A stretch of DNA of 64,000 nt from Candidatus Eiseniibacteriota bacterium. Lineage in GTDB: Bacteria > Orphanbacterota > Orphanbacteria > Orphanbacterales > Orphanbacteraceae. The stretch lies in the NCBI GenBank assembly GCA_024276995.1, contig JAJRWB010000012.1:24173-88172 (forward strand), written 5' to 3'. The notes under the pieces were generated by a model, which saw only the letters and a list, made by a program, of their open reading frames with translations, was not told the origin of the DNA and ran no database searches. Both the position numbers and the translations under genes were made by a program. Positions 60,701 through 64,000 of this stretch are shown piece after piece; within the stretch, counting starts at the first letter, position 1; the number at the start of each line of letters is the position of its first letter.

Positions 60701-61068
60701 CGAAAACGCGATTCGATCCTTGCCGGAAGCGTATCCCCGGCGGCGAGTGATCGCCTTGCCCAGACGGCCGCACCGCGCCGGAACGCCTCCGCCTCGTCTC
60801 CGCTTGTGTCGAAAGCGAGGCGATGGAGAAGAACGGTCACGTCGGAGCGATACGATGGATAGGCGGCCAAGAGGGAATCGATGATACCAATATCGGTCGC
60901 CCCAGCCGCCGATGCCGCGGCGCGGGCGATGTCGGTCTTGCTCGGCTCGCCGGCGGGGAGAAGGCAAGGCGTCAGGACAAGCGCGATCGCCGGGACGAGG
61001 ACGAAGCATCGAGCGGAGAAACGGAGCGACGGCGTGCGGTGATCGCTCGGCGGGAACCGGGAAATCAG
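57754..61068 (-). CDS. TPR-CHAT (caspase-like) protease with N-terminal signal-like segment; start uncertain
   Basis: Long TPR array; IERLR; LLEYF; LYNILINPV; IPGGPLRSLPFAAL; HIASHG (His); LVFLGACET (Cys); TLWPVDD; NPYYWAGF. Confidence 0.9.
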   Translation of the reverse strand: MISRFPPSDHRTPSLRFSARCFVLVPAIALVLTPCLLPAGEPSKTDIARAAASAAGATDIGIIDSLLAAYPSYRSDVTVLLHRLAFDTSGDEAEAFRRGAAVWARRSLAAGDTLPARIESRFRAFDDEEKTKWRRGERYYLKGIGLLQRLEYVPAEAMLDSAVTLFRETGDRYREGLASSYVGLSALNRGDLERASRLLKAASKLQEEEGDLYNRTATLGYLAQIDWSSGDYHKALSQYVEALALFRRLNASQDIAETLQSIAWIEALRGDYPHARDHLEEALRIHREMENPVGISQTAIALGNLARRFGDFFGARASFATAETVIEKNNLAPLRSDLLNARGVLAGTVGDHRLAAVRYEEAARIDSVAGNAPGFLLARLNQTASLVETGEYRLARTMAKRLIEAADSLSLPTIRRYTYEMIGRLALAEGDLGKALENFEAARSIARDMEDVEAEAGALLAIARTRYTIGEKERARESMKQACERYRLLGDAGAVVNALAEYADLLFSENRIEEASKIADEYNDLAVRTDLIIGKLNYALLRSRIDVKRKEFADALSVLDSATSSPILEQLPELAWRFDYVKGKVERHLAMDEEAAGSFESAIEKIERLRSEFVTPRGRAGFFETKRSPYEALVLLYLRRGDVDKAFLAAGRSRMRSFLDNVAASPLAGRSESENTAAREERERRAAIDRLREEMRSALEQGDPDRADNLRRELEEAYRRHEESLGRLPDGRRGDSSPPWSGNNGRREMQESLDDGEILLEYFNTADSMVIFVLTAETLFAVTTSCASDDLDGRVRLARSLLSDPRNPIEETVPVLRGLYNILINPVSTFLDGARRVTVIPGGPLRSLPFAALVADAPPDAVDAGPIAWLGDRFELCRRRGSFAPFLRKKSRPAKGVTIFAYPGEREEKLPHVGEEARKIGKLFPRNRRTILVGKDAGEALFGKAGEPGDYIHIASHGVVDPVHPLYSYVELAGGGGEDGRLSVYEIIQMRLDAPLVFLGACETALGAGYRSDSPEGYAPIGLTGAFLHAGTDAVVATLWPVDDRATSEFAVRFYRRIVDGRSNRSALSEAQRELRKDRIRTGPWKRKDYRNPYYWAGFVLLRN

Positions 61069-62339
61069 GTGTCGTATCCCCCTTTCTCCTGTTCTTTGTC
61101 CACCCCCTCTTCCCCCTCCGATCGCGCAATGATCGCCGCGCCGCACGAGTCGCTGAACACGTTCACCGATGTGCGGAACATGTCGAGCGGCCGGTCGATG
61201 GCGAGCATGATCCCGACGACGGCGTCCACTTCGGGGCCGCGCAGGTTCACCGATTCGAGGACGAGGAAGATGATCACCAGCCCCGCGCTCGGCACCGCAG
61301 CCGCGCCGATCGAGGCGAGAAGCGCCGTGATCACCACGACGAGCTGCTGGCCGAGGGAAAGATCGATGCCGAGAACCTGGGCGATGAAGAGGACGCCGGC
61401 GCACTCATACAGCGCCGTGCCGTCCATGTTCACGGTGGCCCCCATGGGGAGGACGAACGACGAGACACGGTTCGATACGCCGACTTTCTTCTCCACCGCG
61501 CGGAGCGTTACCGGCAGCGTGGCGCCCGACGAGCTGGTGGAGAACGCGAGGGTGAGCGGTTCGAGCATGTTCCGGAAGTGGATTCGCGGGCGGATCCTGC
61601 CGAGGACGATCAGGAGAAGCGGGAGGGTGATGAAAAGGTGCACCGCGAGGCCGGAAGCGATGGTCAGCATGTAAAGCGCCATCGCCCGAAATGAATCGAA
61701 ACCGGTGAGACCGACGACCCGTGCGATCAGTCCGAACACGCCGATCGGGGCGAGCCGGATGATCCAGCCGGTCATCTTCATCATGGCACCGAACCCGGCG
61801 TTGAAGAAACGGGAAAGCGTTTCACGCGGTCCTTCCGGGAGAGAGGCGACCGCCGCGCCGAAGAGAATGCAGAAGAAAATGAGGGCGAGCATGTCCGGTT
61901 TCGCCGCGGCATGAACGACGTTTTCGGGGACCATGCGCATGAGAAGATCGGCGGGCGTCCCCGGTTCGGCGAGTTCGGGGATCGTCGCGCCGCCGGCGCC
62001 GGCGATGTTCGCCCCCGCCCCGGGGCGGATCACGTTGACCAGCACGAGACCGACCAGTATGGCGAGAAGGCTGGAGAGGATGTAATAGCCGAGGGTCTTG
62101 GAGAACATCCGGCCGAGGTTCCGCCCGCCCCCCACCGACGCGACGCCGGAGATGATCGAAAAAAGGACGAGCGGGACGATCACCATCTTGAGGAGGCGGA
62201 CGAAGAGGAGGCCGATCCAGCCGACGCGCGGAACGATGTCCGCCCCGCCCGCCGCCCCGGCGGCGATGCCGAGCGCCATGGCGATGAACACCTGCCAGTG
62301 GAGACGACCGTACCAGCGCTGCGCCGCGACGGCGCTCAT
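61065..62339 (-). CDS. dicarboxylate/amino acid:cation symporter (DAACS, GltP-like)
   Basis: FVRLLKMVIVPLV, AFSTSSSGATLP, GATVNMDGTALY, DRPLDMFRTSVNV..D. Confidence 0.95.
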   Translation of the reverse strand: MSAVAAQRWYGRLHWQVFIAMALGIAAGAAGGADIVPRVGWIGLLFVRLLKMVIVPLVLFSIISGVASVGGGRNLGRMFSKTLGYYILSSLLAILVGLVLVNVIRPGAGANIAGAGGATIPELAEPGTPADLLMRMVPENVVHAAAKPDMLALIFFCILFGAAVASLPEGPRETLSRFFNAGFGAMMKMTGWIIRLAPIGVFGLIARVVGLTGFDSFRAMALYMLTIASGLAVHLFITLPLLLIVLGRIRPRIHFRNMLEPLTLAFSTSSSGATLPVTLRAVEKKVGVSNRVSSFVLPMGATVNMDGTALYECAGVLFIAQVLGIDLSLGQQLVVVITALLASIGAAAVPSAGLVIIFLVLESVNLRGPEVDAVVGIMLAIDRPLDMFRTSVNVFSDSCGAAIIARSEGEEGVDKEQEKGGYDT

Positions 62340-63001
62340 TCGAACTGCGCCCGGAACCTGGCGAACTCTTCTTTCAGCGCGGCGAGTTCATCGCGAAGCT
62401 CTTTGAGTTCGCCGCAGGTGCGGTCGAGTCGCTCGGCGAGAAGGGCGACGCCGTCGTCCCGCGCGGCCACGTGAAACGTGTCGTGCCCCTCCTCGGCGAC
62501 CTCCACCTCCCCGGCGAGAAGGTGCATGTAGCGATTCTCTTTCCTCCCGGGAAGCCGGGGGAGTCTCACCACCCACGGCTCGCCGGCGGCGGCGAGGGCG
62601 TCGAGAATGTCGCCCACTTCGTCGAGACTCTCGAAGCGGTGCATTCTCCCCGACCGCCCGCGGATCTCGCCCACCGTCTGGGCGCCGCGGAGCATCAGCA
62701 CGGCGAGGACGACCATCTCGCGTTTCTCAAGACCGCTCTTTTCCAGGAACGAGTGGCGATACTTACGCGTCCGGCTTCCCGCGCCGTCCACCACCACGAC
62801 CCATCCCTTGTCGCGAAGCGCCTCGAGAGAGCACTCCACGTCCGATTCGGGAAAGATCACCACCGGGTTCCGGTTCGACTTCTGATTGCACGCCGCGGTG
62901 AGCGAATTCAGGGTGAGGGGATAGTAATCGGGGGTGGTCAACTCTTTTTCGATGAGACATCCGAGGATACGCACTTCTCGATGATCCAACTCTTCCCGCA
63001 T
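62336..63001 (-). CDS. YceH/DUF480 family protein
   Basis: RILGCLIEKELTTPDYYPLTLNSL..ACNQKSNRNPV, LMLRGAQTVGE, RYMHLL. Confidence 0.92.
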   Translation of the reverse strand: MREELDHREVRILGCLIEKELTTPDYYPLTLNSLTAACNQKSNRNPVVIFPESDVECSLEALRDKGWVVVVDGAGSRTRKYRHSFLEKSGLEKREMVVLAVLMLRGAQTVGEIRGRSGRMHRFESLDEVGDILDALAAAGEPWVVRLPRLPGRKENRYMHLLAGEVEVAEEGHDTFHVAARDDGVALLAERLDRTCGELKELRDELAALKEEFARFRAQFE

Positions 63002-63054
63002 GGTTTTCCCTTCACTCCCTTCGCCGTCCTGTAGGTTCCGCGGGCAGGCGTCGC

Positions 63055-64000
63055 CTATTCGAGGATCGCGCGCACCGCATTCGTGAGTGCCACCGTGCGT
63101 GGCTCTTCCCCCTCGGCGACGCGGCGAACCGCAGCGCGGACGAGACTCGATTCGCGCAGCTCGATCGCGACCGGTTCGTTCGGTGCGATCACTTTATCGC
63201 GAAGATTGTACCTGACATCGTCCGGACTTTCGATCTCCTGATTCAGGGGGAGCACGGTGAGAGTCACCTCCAATTCCTCCTCCTCCGGGAAGAGGTGGAC
63301 GGTCACGTGGTGTGTTCCTTTGCGCAGCGACACGGTACCGCCCATCCTTGTGTTATCGAGCGACAAGTCGAGTGTGCCGTCCCAGCGGGCCATGTCCCCG
63401 AAATAGCACCGGCCCGCACGCAGAGAGTCGATCATGGAGGCGGGGTCGGGGGGGCCGTCGATCCACGTGGCCCACGTGTTCGTGGTTGTCGTGCCGTGTG
63501 TCCATGTTGACCCGTGGGAATCGGTTACGCCGATTCCGACCATCGGATGGCCCGCCGCTGCGAGGGCATCCCAGAGGAGGAGATAGTCCTCAAGCAATCC
63601 GGCACCCCGGCTCCAATAGCCCACCTCGAAGAGGTCGGCGCCGAAAACGCTTTTTTCCACGAGCCTGTGGAACGCCTGTTTTCGGGCCGTCGCGCGTTTT
63701 CGCGGCGTGGGCGTCCTTCCGTGGCTGGTCGAAATGGTGCCGAGGGAATGGGCGAGCGAGTAGATTCCCCGGCGGGCATGAATGGACGCGAGAAGAGAGT
63801 CCCTCTGTTCCACGGCGAGCACCCCGAGCCACGCCGTCGGCACCGGCTCGGGCATATAGACGCAGAAGTGCTCCTTCCTTCCGGGGAACCGGATTTCGGC
63901 GCCCATGATCTCCCCCACACCGTACTTTTCGCCTACCTCGGCATAGACCTCCCGCGCGATCTCGGAGAAGCGTTTCACGCCGAGGGGGGGGATTTCGACT
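63055..64000 (-). CDS. partial protein with PHP-like metallohydrolase features (N-terminus beyond window)
   Basis: AH, FEV, WDAL...GIGVTDSHG, TWI...IDSLRAGRCYFG; frame open to the window edge. Confidence 0.55.
   Translation of the reverse strand, partial: VEIPPLGVKRFSEIAREVYAEVGEKYGVGEIMGAEIRFPGRKEHFCVYMPEPVPTAWLGVLAVEQRDSLLASIHARRGIYSLAHSLGTISTSHGRTPTPRKRATARKQAFHRLVEKSVFGADLFEVGYWSRGAGLLEDYLLLWDALAAAGHPMVGIGVTDSHGSTWTHGTTTTNTWATWIDGPPDPASMIDSLRAGRCYFGDMARWDGTLDLSLDNTRMGGTVSLRKGTHHVTVHLFPEEEELEVTLTVLPLNQEIESPDDVRYNLRDKVIAPNEPVAIELRESSLVRAAVRRVAEGEEPRTVALTNAVRAILE

Noticed and set aside
54970-61068. Type III-E CRISPR (Craspase) locus
   Set aside because: No cas7-11, csx30/31 or repeat-spacer array is visible; the anti-sigma is a ZAS membrane type.

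Overview
GC-rich bacterial chromosomal segment with no rRNA, tRNA, CRISPR array or mobile element visible. Exported proteins with FlgD/T9SS-type C-terminal domains and a C-terminal SWGxIK tail suggest an FCB-group lineage (inference). Contents in order: classical menaquinone operon menF-D-H-B-A-C (menC runs off the window); a ~17 kb surface-glycan locus (sulfotransferase, Wzx, 7 GT2/GT4, two radical SAM enzymes, TMTC-like GT-C/TPR, Thr-type sulfatase-like enzyme, kinase); NTT-HEAT/cNMP, ppx, ppk2, cstA, glgC, djlA-like; PP2C-PLD-disrupted GT-C operon; full F1Fo operon with an in-frame TAG in atpB; cobalamin riboswitch with TonB receptor and a propeller protein; TlpA and CotH kinase; DAACS transporter, DUF480 and a partial PHP-like gene. 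The most interesting element (52.4-61.1 kb) is a CRISPR-free module. It combines an apparently exported TPR-CHAT protease, an ECF-type sigma with two sigma4-like segments, a double zinc-finger membrane anti-sigma and secreted proteins. A shared 34-nt motif lies upstream of both the sigma operon and a putative target gene that has a long structured leader. All calls come from reading the sequence; no searches were run.
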